Counted from the stretch's first letter, positions 21,904-31,251 are shown. The stretch: DNA of 64,000 bases from an uncultured Gemmatimonadales bacterium (GCA_963716255.1 OY970303.1:6976001-7040000), one strand, 5' to 3'. A program made the numbers and translations. The notes: generated by a model not told the origin, from the letters alone.

Positions 21904-23148
21904 ATGCGGCAGACGGAATGGGACGGGTTCCGGAGCCCCAAGGAGCGCGCGGGCACGCTGCCCAACAGCAGCCTCCCGCCCCCGGACCCGGGCACGGTGG
22001 AGGACCTGCTGGCCCGCGCGCTCCGGCAGCGCGACGAAGCCGCGTTCGACGCGCTTCTCGATCGCCTGCACTCGCCCATGCTCCGCCTGGCCCGGGTCTA
22101 CGTCCGGAGCCGGGAGGACGCGGAAGAGGTCGTCCAGGACAGCTGGCTGGCCGCGCTCGCCGGGATCGACCGCTTCCAGGGCCGCTCGTCGCTGAAGACC
22201 TGGCTGTTCCGGATCCTCGTGTACCGCGCCCGGACGCGCGGCAGGCGCGAGGCGCGCACGGTCCCCTTTTCGGCGCTCGCGGCGTCCGCGGAGGGCGGGC
22301 CCGGCAGATTCCGGGAGGACGGGTGGATCGGCGAGACGCCGCGAGCCGGGACGGAGCGGTTCCTTTCCGAGTCCATGCACCGCGCGAGCAGCGGGCCCGA
22401 GGACGCGCTCCTCGCGGCGGAGCTGCGCCACCGGATCGAGAGCGCCATCGGGCGGCTGCCGGCCCGCCAGCGGGAGGTCGTCACCCTCCGCGACCTGGAG
22501 GGCTGGTCCGCGGAAGAGGCCTGCGAGCTCCTGGGCCTGACCGAGGCCAACCAGCGCGTGCTCCTGCACCGCGCGCGGGTGCGGGTGCGGGACGCGATCG
22601 TGCCCTACGTGGCGGCTTCCGGGGGCGGCGACGCTTTTCGTACCACGTGCCGCGTGCGGGTGTCGGACCGTCCTCCGCAGAGGCTTGCCGTAGCCGGGGT
22701 GAAGAGATCGGGGTCCGGGCGTGCCCCCGGCTGCGCCGGGGTCGGGAGCATGGGATTCGGGCGTGCCCCCGGCTGCGCCGGGGTCGGGCTTCGGCTCCGT
22801 AGGGCTGCAAACGACGCAGCCCAACGGAGTCGAGCCCCGGCGGAAACAGCCCCGCCGGGTCTCGCCCCTTCGGGCCGGAATCCCTCACGCGGGGTGGACG
22901 CTGGCGCCCGCGAGTGCGGACCCCCTCACCCCCCGGCCCCCTCTCCCCCGCGAGCGGGGGAAAGGGGGAGAACGGCACGGCATCCTTTCCTTCAGAGTTT
23001 TGCGGACGACCCGCTGTGTTGCAGGGCGTCGAGCAGCCTCCTCTTCATCCCGGGCGGGATGCGCTCCGCGGGGATCGCCGCCAGGCGGTCGATGGCCCAT
23101 CGCATCCGGCGGAGCTGTCGGCGGCACCCCGGGCACGCGCGGAGGTGA
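21904..23148 (+). CDS. ECF RNA polymerase sigma-70 factor; the core ends near 22610 and the C-terminal extension is doubtful
   Basis: Region 2 DAEEVVQDSWL..RSSLKTWLFRI and region 4 LPARQREVVTLRDLEGWSAEEACELLG..RVLLHRAR, with a GGAG RBS. The frame reads on through repeat copy 3. Confidence 0.9.
   Translation: MRQTEWDGFRSPKERAGTLPNSSLPPPDPGTVEDLLARALRQRDEAAFDALLDRLHSPMLRLARVYVRSREDAEEVVQDSWLAALAGIDRFQGRSSLKTWLFRILVYRARTRGRREARTVPFSALAASAEGGPGRFREDGWIGETPRAGTERFLSESMHRASSGPEDALLAAELRHRIESAIGRLPARQREVVTLRDLEGWSAEEACELLGLTEANQRVLLHRARVRVRDAIVPYVAASGGGDAFRTTCRVRVSDRPPQRLAVAGVKRSGSGRAPGCAGVGSMGFGRAPGCAGVGLRLRRAANDAAQRSRAPAETAPPGLAPSGRNPSRGVDAGARECGPPHPPAPSPPRAGERGRTARHPFLQSFADDPLCCRASSSLLFIPGGMRSAGIAARRSMAHRIRRSCRRHPGHARR
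22714..22891 (+). repeat. Structured repeat copy 3 with a duplicated 5' hairpin
   Basis: An inverted near-identical partner of 18859-19033 and a direct homolog of 18566-18696. Confidence 0.85.
22921..22970. repeat. BoxC/REP-like palindrome
   Basis: Matches 18726-18770 and follows the structured repeat via a similar linker. Confidence 0.7.
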
Positions 23149-23243
23149 GCGTCCAGCTCCGCTTCGATCTCCGGCGGAAGCGCCTGCTCCAGGTACTCGG
23201 TGGTCCCCGTCGCGACCTGCTCGCACCCGAATGGCCGGTACAT
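22992..23243 (-). CDS. Small soluble zinc-finger (zf-HC2/ZAS) anti-sigma factor, 83 aa
   Basis: MYRPFGCEQV..EYLEQALPPEIEAELDAHLRACPGC fits the C..HxxxCxxC pattern. It has a GAGG RBS and no TM segment. Confidence 0.85.
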   Translation of the reverse strand: MYRPFGCEQVATGTTEYLEQALPPEIEAELDAHLRACPGCRRQLRRMRWAIDRLAAIPAERIPPGMKRRLLDALQHSGSSAKL

Positions 23244-23324
23244 GCGCCTCGTCGCCCCGTTGAAGTCCCGGATGGCCGCGCCACGCACCGGGACCCGCCC
23301 GTCGTGATGTAGCTGCCCGGTGGT

Positions 23325-23353
23325 CGGTCTCGCCGGCCTCCGGGACGTTACAC
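23325..23353 (-). promoter_or_regulatory. Putative ECF promoter of the anti-sigma gene
   Basis: GTGTAACG-N13-CGAGACCG on the minus strand, with both boxes identical to 21775-21803. Confidence 0.75.
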
Positions 23354-23696
23354 GGCCGGCCCGCCCGTCCGCACCCCGTCTCCACACCCTCCTGTCCGGT
23401 GTGCCTGCTTCCCGCGACCGGGGAGCGGGCGGATCGGCCGGTGGACGCCGCGCCCGAGCCGGCGCCGGAGGACGACGGGGTGCTCGCGGCCGGCGGCTGA
23501 GCGAGCTCGGCCGGACGACCGGAGATCGCGCGGCGGCGGTGGACCTCGTGGGCGCGCGCCGGCACCCGCGCTTCCGGCTCCCGGCGCCGTACGTCCTCCC
23601 GCGCCGCCCCGGTCTCCCGTGGCCGGACGGTCTGAAACCTGCGAGGCACGCGGCCGTTCCCGTGATCCCATGGGAGCCTTCGCCGCTGGAGAACCC

Positions 23697-24524
23697 ATGT
23701 GGCTGCTCACCCTCAGGTCCATCCTGGTCGCCACGGACCTCGGCGAAGCGTCGCTGCCCGCGCTTCGCACCGCCGCCCGCCTGGCCCCGCTCGCCGGGGC
23801 CGGGCTCCACCTGCTGCACGTCGCGGACGACCCGCCGCCGGGAGGCGAGGCGCGGCTGCGGGAGCACTTCCGTCTCGCCGTGCCGGAGTCGCCCGGGCCC
23901 GACGGCGTCGCGGTGATCCCCGGCTCCCCGGCCGCGGTCATCGTGGAGCACGCGGCGCGGGTCGGGGCGGACGTCGTGATCCTGGGACCGCACCGCAGGG
24001 GCGGCGCGGCGGGGGCGATGGGGAGCACGGCGGCGAGCGTGGTGGCCGCCGCCCCGTGTCCATGCCTGGTGGCGGCGACGGAGCTCCGCCTGCCGCTGGA
24101 GCGCGTCGTCGTCCCCGTCGACCTTTCGGAGATCGCGGGCGGGGCGCTGTCGGTGGCGCTCTCCTGGGCGTCGGCGCTGCGCCCGCGGGGCGGCGATGCG
24201 CGCCTGACGGCGCTGCACGTGGCGCCGGACCCCGCCGCCCCGGCCGCCGGCCAGGCCGTGGGCGAGGAGGTCCGGCGGGCGCGTGACCGGGCGGGCGGAG
24301 CGGCACGCGTCGAGATCCGCGAGGTGGTCGCCCCCGGCTCCGATCCGGCGCGGGAGATCCTGCGCGGAGCGGTCTCGGCGTCGGCCGACCTGCTGGTGAT
24401 GGGAACGCGCGGGACGGCCGGCGCGGCCCCGGGGCTGGGGAGCGTGTCGGCCGCGGTGGCGCGCGAAGCGCCCTGCCCGCTGCTGCTCGTGCCGCCGGCG
24501 GCCTGGCGGGAGCAGGGCGCCTGA
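23697..24524 (+). CDS. Universal stress protein (tandem USP domains)
   Basis: ILVATDL, DVVILG, GSTAASVV..PCPCLV, then a second domain DLLVMGTRG..GSVSAAVAREAPCPLLLV. GGAG RBS. Confidence 0.9.
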   Translation: MWLLTLRSILVATDLGEASLPALRTAARLAPLAGAGLHLLHVADDPPPGGEARLREHFRLAVPESPGPDGVAVIPGSPAAVIVEHAARVGADVVILGPHRRGGAAGAMGSTAASVVAAAPCPCLVAATELRLPLERVVVPVDLSEIAGGALSVALSWASALRPRGGDARLTALHVAPDPAAPAAGQAVGEEVRRARDRAGGAARVEIREVVAPGSDPAREILRGAVSASADLLVMGTRGTAGAAPGLGSVSAAVAREAPCPLLLVPPAAWREQGA

Positions 24525-24624
24525 CGGCTCCGGCTCCGCCCGGCGCGCATACCCGGCGTCCCACGGCGGCGGGCCGGTTCCCGCGACGTGGAGGTGAGCG
24601 GCGGATGCCACGCACGAGGGCACG

Positions 24625-27375
24625 ATGATCTCCATGCTGCTCGCGCTCTCCCTCGCCGGAAGCTGCGCGGCGTATCCGCTCGGCCGGCGGGCCGGGGGCA
24701 GGGCGGCCGGCTGGCTGCTCGCGCTCCTGCCGGCGGGGCTCTTCGCCGCCTTCCTGCGCTTCGCGCCGGCGATCGAGGCGGGCCGCGTCATCACCGAGCG
24801 GCGGGCCTGGGCGCCCTCGCTGGGGGTCGAGCTGGCGCTGCGCCTGGACGGGTTCTCCTTCCTCTTCTGTCTGCTCATCACGGGCATCGGCGCGCTGGTC
24901 GTGGTCTACGCCGGCGCCTACCTCACCGGGGAATCGGACGCGGACCGCGCCCGCTTCCTCGCCCTGGTCCTGTTCTTCATGACGGCGATGCTGGGCGCCG
25001 TCCTCGCGGACGACCTGCTCGTCCTGTTCCTCTTCTGGGAAGCGACCAGCGTCCTTTCCTTTCTGCTCATCGGCTTCGACGCCGGCAGCGCGTCCGCGCG
25101 GCGGTCCGCGCTGATGGCGCTGCGCGTGACCGCGGGGGGCGGGCTCGCCCTGCTCGCCGCGATCCTCCTCATCGGCGCGACGCTCGGCACCTACTCCATG
25201 ACCGCTGCGGTCGCGCGGGCGCCCGAGCTGGCGCGGAGCCCGTGGGCCCTGCCGATCCTGGCCGGGCTCCTCGTCGGCGCGTTCACCAAGTCGGCCCAGT
25301 TCCCGTTCCACTTCTGGCTCCCCAACGCCATGCAGGCGCCCACGCCCGCCTCGGCGTACCTGCACTCGGCGACGATGGTGAAGCTGGGCGTGTACCTGCT
25401 GGCGCGCTTCGAGCCGGTGATCGGCGCGGTGCCCGGGGGGCGCGACACCCTGGTCGCGGTCGCCCTCGCCACGATGCTGGTGGGCGCGTACCAGGCGCTG
25501 CGCGCCGAGAACTTCAAGGCCGTCCTCGCCTACTCGACGGTGGCGTCGCTGGGGATCCTGGTCATGCTCGTGGGGCTGGACGGGCCCATGGCGAGCGTCG
25601 CGACGGTCGGCTTCATCCTCGCCCACGCGCTGTACAAGGCGACGCTGTTCTTCTGCGCGGGCACCGTGCTGCACGCCACCGGGCTGAGCAAGCTGCGCCA
25701 GATGGGCGGGCTGCGGCGCTTCCTCCCCGTCACGGCCGCGGCGGCCGTGCTCGCCAGCCTGTCCATGGCGGGGTTGCCTCCCTTCCTGGGGTTCATCTCC
25801 AAGGAGTTCCTGTTCGAGGCGCAGATCCGCAGCTCCCGGGACGCGGTCCCGGTGGCGGTGGCGGTGCTCGTCAACGCCGTGATCGTGGGCGTCGCGGGCG
25901 TGGTCACCTTGCGCCCGTTCTTCATGGGCGAGGGGAAGGTGCGGGAGGTCCGGCACCGCGAGGTGCCGGGGCTGCTCGTGGGACCGGTGGCGCTGGCGCT
26001 GCTCGGCCTGGTCATCAGCCTGGAGCCGGACTGGGTGAGCCGGTCGGTGCTGCGCCCGGCGGTGGCCGCCATCTACGGCCAGCCGGTGGAGGTGGAGGTC
26101 GCGCTGTGGCACGGGGTGACGCCCATGCTGGCGCTGAGCGTGGCGGTGGTGGGCATCGGCGCGCTGCTCTTCACCTTCTGGGGCCCCATCCACCGGCGCC
26201 TGCGCACCCGGTCTCCCCTGGACCGGTACGAGGCGGAGCACGCCTACGAAGCCCTGCTCCGGCGGGTGGAGGCCGCCGCGGCGGGGACGGCCGCGCGCGT
26301 CCAGCACGGCGGCCTGCGCGGCTACCTGTGGACCGTGCTCGCCGGCACGCTGGGGTTCGTGGCGTGGGGGCTGATCGCGTCGGGAGCGCCGCCGCGCCTC
26401 CCCGACGGGTGGGGCGGGCTGCGCCCCGGGCCCGCGGCGGCGGCGCTGGTGGGTCTCGCCGGGGGCGTCGCCGCCACCCGGGCGCGGTCGCTGCTGGCCG
26501 CCATGGTCGCGGTGGGGCTGGTGGGGCTGGTGGCGGCGCTCACCTTCATGATGAACGGCGCGCCCGACCTGGCGCTCACCCAGTTCGCCGTGGAGTCGCT
26601 GCTGGTGGTGCTGCTCACCGTCGCGCTGTTCGTGCTGCCGCTGCGCGCGCCCTCCACGCGCACGCGGCGCGAGCGGGCGCTGGACGCCGCGCTGGCCACG
26701 GCCTTTTCGATGGTGCTGTTCGTGGTGCTGCTCGACATGGGCGCGGCGCCGCGGCACGCGGAAGTCTCGGAGTTCTTCGGCGCCCGCAGCTACGTGGAAG
26801 CGTTCGGGCGCAACGTCGTCAACGTCATCCTGGTGGACTTCCGCGGCTTCGACACGCTGGGCGAGACGGCGGTGATCGCGCTCTCGGCCATGATCGCGTG
26901 GTCGCTGCTCGGGCCGCGGTCCCCGCGGGAGGAGCGCGCCGGGGCCGCCGCGACGCCCTCCGCCTTCATCCTCGCCATCACCAGCCCGCTCTTCTTCTGG
27001 CTCCTCCTCGCGCTGTCGGTGGTCGTCCTGCTGCGCGGCCACAACGAGATCGGCGGCGGGTTCGTGGGCGGGCTGACGGCCGCCCTGGCCTTCGCCGTCG
27101 TGTCGCTCGCCCACGGCGTGGAGCGGGCCCGCGCGAGGCTGCGCCTGCACCCGCTCTCGCTGGCCGGCGGCGGGCTCCTGCTCGCGCTCGCGAGCGGCCT
27201 GCCGGGGCTGCTGCTGCACGGCGACTTCCTGCGCCACGTCTGGCTGGAGGTGGACTGGCTGGGGCTGCACCTCAAGCAGGGCACGACCCTGCTGTTCGAC
27301 CTGGGCGTGTACGCGGCGGTGCTGGGCGCCGTGCTCGCCTTCCTCTTCGGCCTGCGGCGGGAGGCGGCCCGGTGA
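24625..27375 (+). CDS. mrpA: Mrp monovalent cation/H+ antiporter subunit A-B fusion
   Basis: FTKSAQFPFHFWLPNAMQAPTPASAYLHSATMVK, APDLALTQ, NVVNVILVDFRGFDTLGE and the MrpB motif RGHNEIGGGFVGGL. Confidence 0.95.
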   Translation: MISMLLALSLAGSCAAYPLGRRAGGRAAGWLLALLPAGLFAAFLRFAPAIEAGRVITERRAWAPSLGVELALRLDGFSFLFCLLITGIGALVVVYAGAYLTGESDADRARFLALVLFFMTAMLGAVLADDLLVLFLFWEATSVLSFLLIGFDAGSASARRSALMALRVTAGGGLALLAAILLIGATLGTYSMTAAVARAPELARSPWALPILAGLLVGAFTKSAQFPFHFWLPNAMQAPTPASAYLHSATMVKLGVYLLARFEPVIGAVPGGRDTLVAVALATMLVGAYQALRAENFKAVLAYSTVASLGILVMLVGLDGPMASVATVGFILAHALYKATLFFCAGTVLHATGLSKLRQMGGLRRFLPVTAAAAVLASLSMAGLPPFLGFISKEFLFEAQIRSSRDAVPVAVAVLVNAVIVGVAGVVTLRPFFMGEGKVREVRHREVPGLLVGPVALALLGLVISLEPDWVSRSVLRPAVAAIYGQPVEVEVALWHGVTPMLALSVAVVGIGALLFTFWGPIHRRLRTRSPLDRYEAEHAYEALLRRVEAAAAGTAARVQHGGLRGYLWTVLAGTLGFVAWGLIASGAPPRLPDGWGGLRPGPAAAALVGLAGGVAATRARSLLAAMVAVGLVGLVAALTFMMNGAPDLALTQFAVESLLVVLLTVALFVLPLRAPSTRTRRERALDAALATAFSMVLFVVLLDMGAAPRHAEVSEFFGARSYVEAFGRNVVNVILVDFRGFDTLGETAVIALSAMIAWSLLGPRSPREERAGAAATPSAFILAITSPLFFWLLLALSVVVLLRGHNEIGGGFVGGLTAALAFAVVSLAHGVERARARLRLHPLSLAGGGLLLALASGLPGLLLHGDFLRHVWLEVDWLGLHLKQGTTLLFDLGVYAAVLGAVLAFLFGLRREAAR

Positions 27376-27755
27376 GCGTCCTGTACGCGTTCGTCGCCGC
27401 AGGCCTTTTCGGCTGCGGGCTGTACATGGTCCTGTCGCGCCACCTGGTGCGGATGCTGCTGGGGCTGTCGCTGCTGACGACCGCGGTGAACCTGGTGCTG
27501 TTCCAGGCGGGCCGCATCCGGTCGGCGCAGCCGCCGCTGATCGCGGAGGGCGCCGACCGGCTGCACGACTCGGCGGACCCGCTGCCGCAGGCGCTGGTGC
27601 TGACCGCCATCGTGATCGGCTTCGCGCTCAGCGTGATCCTCGTGTCCCTCGCATTGCGCGCCCATCGCGCGCACGGCACGCTCGCGAGCGACGAGATCCG
27701 CTCCGCCGACAGGCTGGGCCATCCCCTCGCCGGACGGCCGGGCGATGATCGCTGA
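27372..27755 (+). CDS. mrpC: Mrp antiporter subunit C
   Basis: GTGA overlap with mrpA and the motif DPLPQALVLTAIVIGF. Confidence 0.93.
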   Translation: MSVLYAFVAAGLFGCGLYMVLSRHLVRMLLGLSLLTTAVNLVLFQAGRIRSAQPPLIAEGADRLHDSADPLPQALVLTAIVIGFALSVILVSLALRAHRAHGTLASDEIRSADRLGHPLAGRPGDDR

Positions 27756-29259
27756 CGCGCTGGCCGGCGGCGCGGCGCTGTGGCCGGTGGCGGTCCCGCT
27801 CGGCGCGGCCGCGCTCACGCTGCTCCTCCGCCGCCGGCCGGCGCTGCAGCGCGGCGTCATGGAGGGGGCGGTGGCGCTCATGCTGGCGGCCGCCGTCCTG
27901 CTGCTGTCACGGGTCGCGCGCGGCGAGGCCGCCGTCGTGGACTTCGGCGGGTGGGGCGCGCCGTTCGGGGTGACGTTCGTCGCGGACGGGCTGAGCGCCG
28001 CCCTGTGCACGACCGCGGGCGTCGTGGCGCTCGCGGTCGCCGTCTTCGCGCGCGCCGACATCCGCGCGCGGCGGCGGCGCGCCGGCTTCGACCCGCTGTT
28101 CCTGGGGATGCTGGCGGCGGTCAACGGCGCGTTCCTCGCCGGCGACGTCTTCAACCTGTACGTCTGGTTCGAGCTGATGCTGGTCACCGCGCTCGGGCTG
28201 GTGACGCTCGACCGGCGGCCCGCCCAGGTCGACGGCGCGTTCCGCTACGCGGCCATGAGCATGCTGGGCGCGACGTTCATGCTGGTGGGCATCGGGCTCC
28301 TGTACGGCGAGACGGGGACGCTCGACATGGCGCACCTGTCCACCCTCCTGGCCGGACGGGCGCCCTCGGTGACGCTCAGCGCCGCGGCGTACCTGCTGCT
28401 GGCGGGCCTCGCGCTCAAGGCGGGGCTGTTCCCCCTCTTCTTCTGGCTGCCCGCCTCCTACCACACGGCGCCCATCACGGTGTCCGCGGCGCTCGCCGGG
28501 CTGCTGACCAAGGTGGCCTTCTACGCCTGCCTGCGCGTGTTCGTGCTGGTGTTCGGGGTGGGCTCCGGCGCGGCGGCCGTCCCGGGGCTGCCGCCGCTCT
28601 TCGCGCTGCTCGCCGCCGCGACGATGCTCGTCAGCGTGCTCGCCGCGATCGCGCAGGTGGACGTCCGCCGGCTGCTCGCCTTCCACGTCGCCGGGCAGGT
28701 GGCGTACCTGGCGATGGGGCTGGCGCTCGCCTCGCGGCTGGGCGTCGCCGCGGCCATCTTCTATACGATGCACACCATGCTGGTGCAGACCGGCCTGTTC
28801 CTGGGCGCCGGCGCGATCGCGCGCGCGGGCGGCGGATACGACCTGCGCAGCGCCGGCGGCCTGATGCGCGACCACCCGCTCTTCGCCTCGCTCTTCGCCG
28901 TGCTCGCCCTGTCCATCTCCGGCGTCCCGCCGCTGTCCGGCTTCTGGGCGAAGCTCCTCGTCATCGACGCCGCCTTCCGCGCCGGCTCGCCGGGCTCCGC
29001 CTGGCTGGCCGTGGCCGCGCTGGCGACCGGCTTCATGACGCTGTACTCCATGAGCATGCTGTGGACGCAGGCCTTCTGGCGGGGGCGCGGCCGCGGGCGG
29101 AGCGCCGCGCGCCGCATTCCGCCCGCCATGCTGGTGGCCGTCGCGCTCATGGCCGCGTGCACCCTGGGGCTGGGGATCGCCGTCGAGCCGGCCGTGCGGC
29201 TCGCGCGGGACGCCGCCCTGCGGATGACGCCCGCCGCCATGCCGGCGAGGGTACCGTGA
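27745..29259 (+). CDS. mrpD: Mrp antiporter subunit D
   Basis: GDVFNLYVWFELML, KAGLFPLFFWLPASY and GVPPLSGFWAK. Confidence 0.95.
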   Translation: MIADALAGGAALWPVAVPLGAAALTLLLRRRPALQRGVMEGAVALMLAAAVLLLSRVARGEAAVVDFGGWGAPFGVTFVADGLSAALCTTAGVVALAVAVFARADIRARRRRAGFDPLFLGMLAAVNGAFLAGDVFNLYVWFELMLVTALGLVTLDRRPAQVDGAFRYAAMSMLGATFMLVGIGLLYGETGTLDMAHLSTLLAGRAPSVTLSAAAYLLLAGLALKAGLFPLFFWLPASYHTAPITVSAALAGLLTKVAFYACLRVFVLVFGVGSGAAAVPGLPPLFALLAAATMLVSVLAAIAQVDVRRLLAFHVAGQVAYLAMGLALASRLGVAAAIFYTMHTMLVQTGLFLGAGAIARAGGGYDLRSAGGLMRDHPLFASLFAVLALSISGVPPLSGFWAKLLVIDAAFRAGSPGSAWLAVAALATGFMTLYSMSMLWTQAFWRGRGRGRSAARRIPPAMLVAVALMAACTLGLGIAVEPAVRLARDAALRMTPAAMPARVP

Positions 29260-29606
29260 GCGCGGGCCGCCGGGCGTGGGCCGCGCTCTCGCTCGCGGGG
29301 GTCTTCGTCTACGACCTGGTGGCCGCGTCGCTGGCCGTGGCGCGCATCGTCCTGGCGCCGCGCAGGCGGAACCGGCCCGCGATCGTCGCGGTCCCCGTGG
29401 ACGCCCGCACGGAGTGGGGGGTGGCGCTCTTCGCCTACCTGGTGTCGCTCACCCCCGGGTCCACGTGCCTGCACGTGGCCGACGACCGCCGCACGCTCTA
29501 CGTGCACTTCCTGGACGCGCCCGACGAGGAGGCGCGGGCCGCCGGGATCAAGGCGCTCTACGAGCGGCGGATCCTCGAACTGGAAGGACGGGAGAACCTG
29601 CCATGA
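29256..29606 (+). CDS. mrpE: Mrp antiporter subunit E (short form)
   Basis: GTGA overlap and the motif PAIVAVP..VSLTPGS..LYVH. Confidence 0.9.
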   Translation: MSAGRRAWAALSLAGVFVYDLVAASLAVARIVLAPRRRNRPAIVAVPVDARTEWGVALFAYLVSLTPGSTCLHVADDRRTLYVHFLDAPDEEARAAGIKALYERRILELEGRENLP

Positions 29607-29884
29607 CCACGCCCCATCTCCCGGCGGTGGCGACGGCGCTGATCGCCGCGCTCGCCCTGCCGCTCGCGCTCGCCGCCTACCGGATGGTCCGGGGCCCGGG
29701 GTACGCGGACCGGTTCGTCGCCCTGGACATGCTCACGGCCGTCGTCGTCTCGCTCGCCGCGCTCACCGCGCTGGCGACGGGCCGCGGCGCCTTCCTCGAC
29801 ATCGGGCTGGGCGTCGTGCTGATCAACTTCGTGTCCACCTGCGCCTTCGCCACGTTCCTGGAGCGGAAGCGGGGCCGGCCGTGA
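29603..29884 (+). CDS. mrpF: Mrp antiporter subunit F
   Basis: ATGA overlap and the motif RMVRGPGYADRFVALD. Confidence 0.92.
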   Translation: MTTPHLPAVATALIAALALPLALAAYRMVRGPGYADRFVALDMLTAVVVSLAALTALATGRGAFLDIGLGVVLINFVSTCAFATFLERKRGRP

Positions 29885-30297
29885 TCCGCCCCATCGCCGC
29901 CGCGCTGCTGCTCGCCGCGGGCGTGGCCTTCATCGCCATCGCGAGCCTTGGCGTAGCGCGCCTCCCCGACGTCTTCCAGCGGATGCACGCGGCGACCAAG
30001 GCCGGCGGTATCGGGTCGAGCCTGGTCGTGCTCGGCGTCCTGGTCGCGGGCGGCGTGGCCCGGCCGGCGACCGGCGTGCTCACCATCGTGCTCATGCTGC
30101 TGACGCTGTCCGTGGCGTCCCAGCTGCTCGCGCGGGCGGCCTACATGTCGGGCGCCCCGCTGCACGGGGTGGATCGCGGAGACCCGCTGGCCGGAGTGCT
30201 GGACCGGGAGGGCGGCCCGCCGGACGATGGCGCCGGCCCGCCCCCGGAGGCCCGGGATGTGCGGGCGGCACCCGGGATGGACCGAGCCAGGGGCTGA
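29881..30297 (+). CDS. mrpG: Mrp antiporter subunit G
   Basis: GTGA overlap and the motif RLPDVFQRMHAATK. Confidence 0.92.
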   Translation: MIRPIAAALLLAAGVAFIAIASLGVARLPDVFQRMHAATKAGGIGSSLVVLGVLVAGGVARPATGVLTIVLMLLTLSVASQLLARAAYMSGAPLHGVDRGDPLAGVLDREGGPPDDGAGPPPEARDVRAAPGMDRARG

Positions 30298-30335
30298 TCG
30301 GCCGCCCGTCACCCCACCGGTGGAGGAGCCGGAGC

Positions 30336-31251
30336 ATGGAGCCATTCAGGAGCATCCTCGTCGACGTCGACGCGACGGACCGCGCCCAGCCGGCCCTGGA
30401 GCGCGCCGCGCGCCTGGCGCGCGGCTCCGGCGCGCGTCTCACGATCGTGGACGTGACGGGCGTCCCCTCGTACGCCCGCCCCTACCTGCCGGCCGGCCTC
30501 GAAGAGGAGATGGCGGGGCGCCGGCGCGAGGACCTGGCGCGCCTCGCGGAGGGGGTCGCGGGCATCCCCGTGGAGTCCAGGCTCCTGGTGGGGCGGGGGG
30601 CGGCCGCGCTCGTCGACGAGGCTGCGGCCGCGGGCCACGACCTGGTGGTGCGCGAGGGAGCGCGCGACCTGGTGGCGCCGCGGCGCGAGCCGTCCGGCGC
30701 GGTGAACCTGGAGCTGCTGCGGCGGTGTCCGTGCCCGGTGCTGCTGGTGGGCCCCGGCGGCGCGGCCGGGAACCCGCGGATCGCCGCTGCGGTCGACACC
30801 AGCGCCGAGGCCGGCGGCGAGGCGGACCGCGCGCTGAACGCCAGGATCGCGGAAACGGCGGCGCTCATGGCCGAGCTGGAGGGCGGCTCCGTCACGCTGC
30901 TCCACGCGTGGGAGGTGCTCGCCGAGACCACCGTGCGCCGGCTGGCCTCCCCGGACGGCTACGCGGGCTACCTGGCGGACGCGCGCCGGCGCGCCGCGGA
31001 CGACTTCGACGGCTTCACGCGGTCGCTCGGGGGGGACCCTGTCGGGCGTGCGCGCCGAGATGCGCCGCGGCGAGCCCGAGGACGTCATCTCCGAGTTCGT
31101 GGTCGCGGAGGGGATCGACCTGGTGGTGATGGGGAGCGTGGCCCGGCGCGGCATCCCCGGGTTCCTCATCGGCAACACCGCGGAGCGCGTGCTTCCCAGG
31201 CTCCCCTGTTCCGTTCTCGTGGTCAAGCCCGGCGAGTCCCCCCCCGCGTGA
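30336..31251 (+). pseudogene. UspE-like tandem universal stress protein with a +1 frameshift (real or a sequencing error)
   Basis: The N-terminal part (FRSILVDVD..LLRRCPCPVLLV) and the C-terminal part (DLVVMGSVARRGIPGFLIGNTAERVL..CSVLVVK*) lie in different frames. Removing one G from the G7 run at 31029-31035 joins them. Confidence 0.85.
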
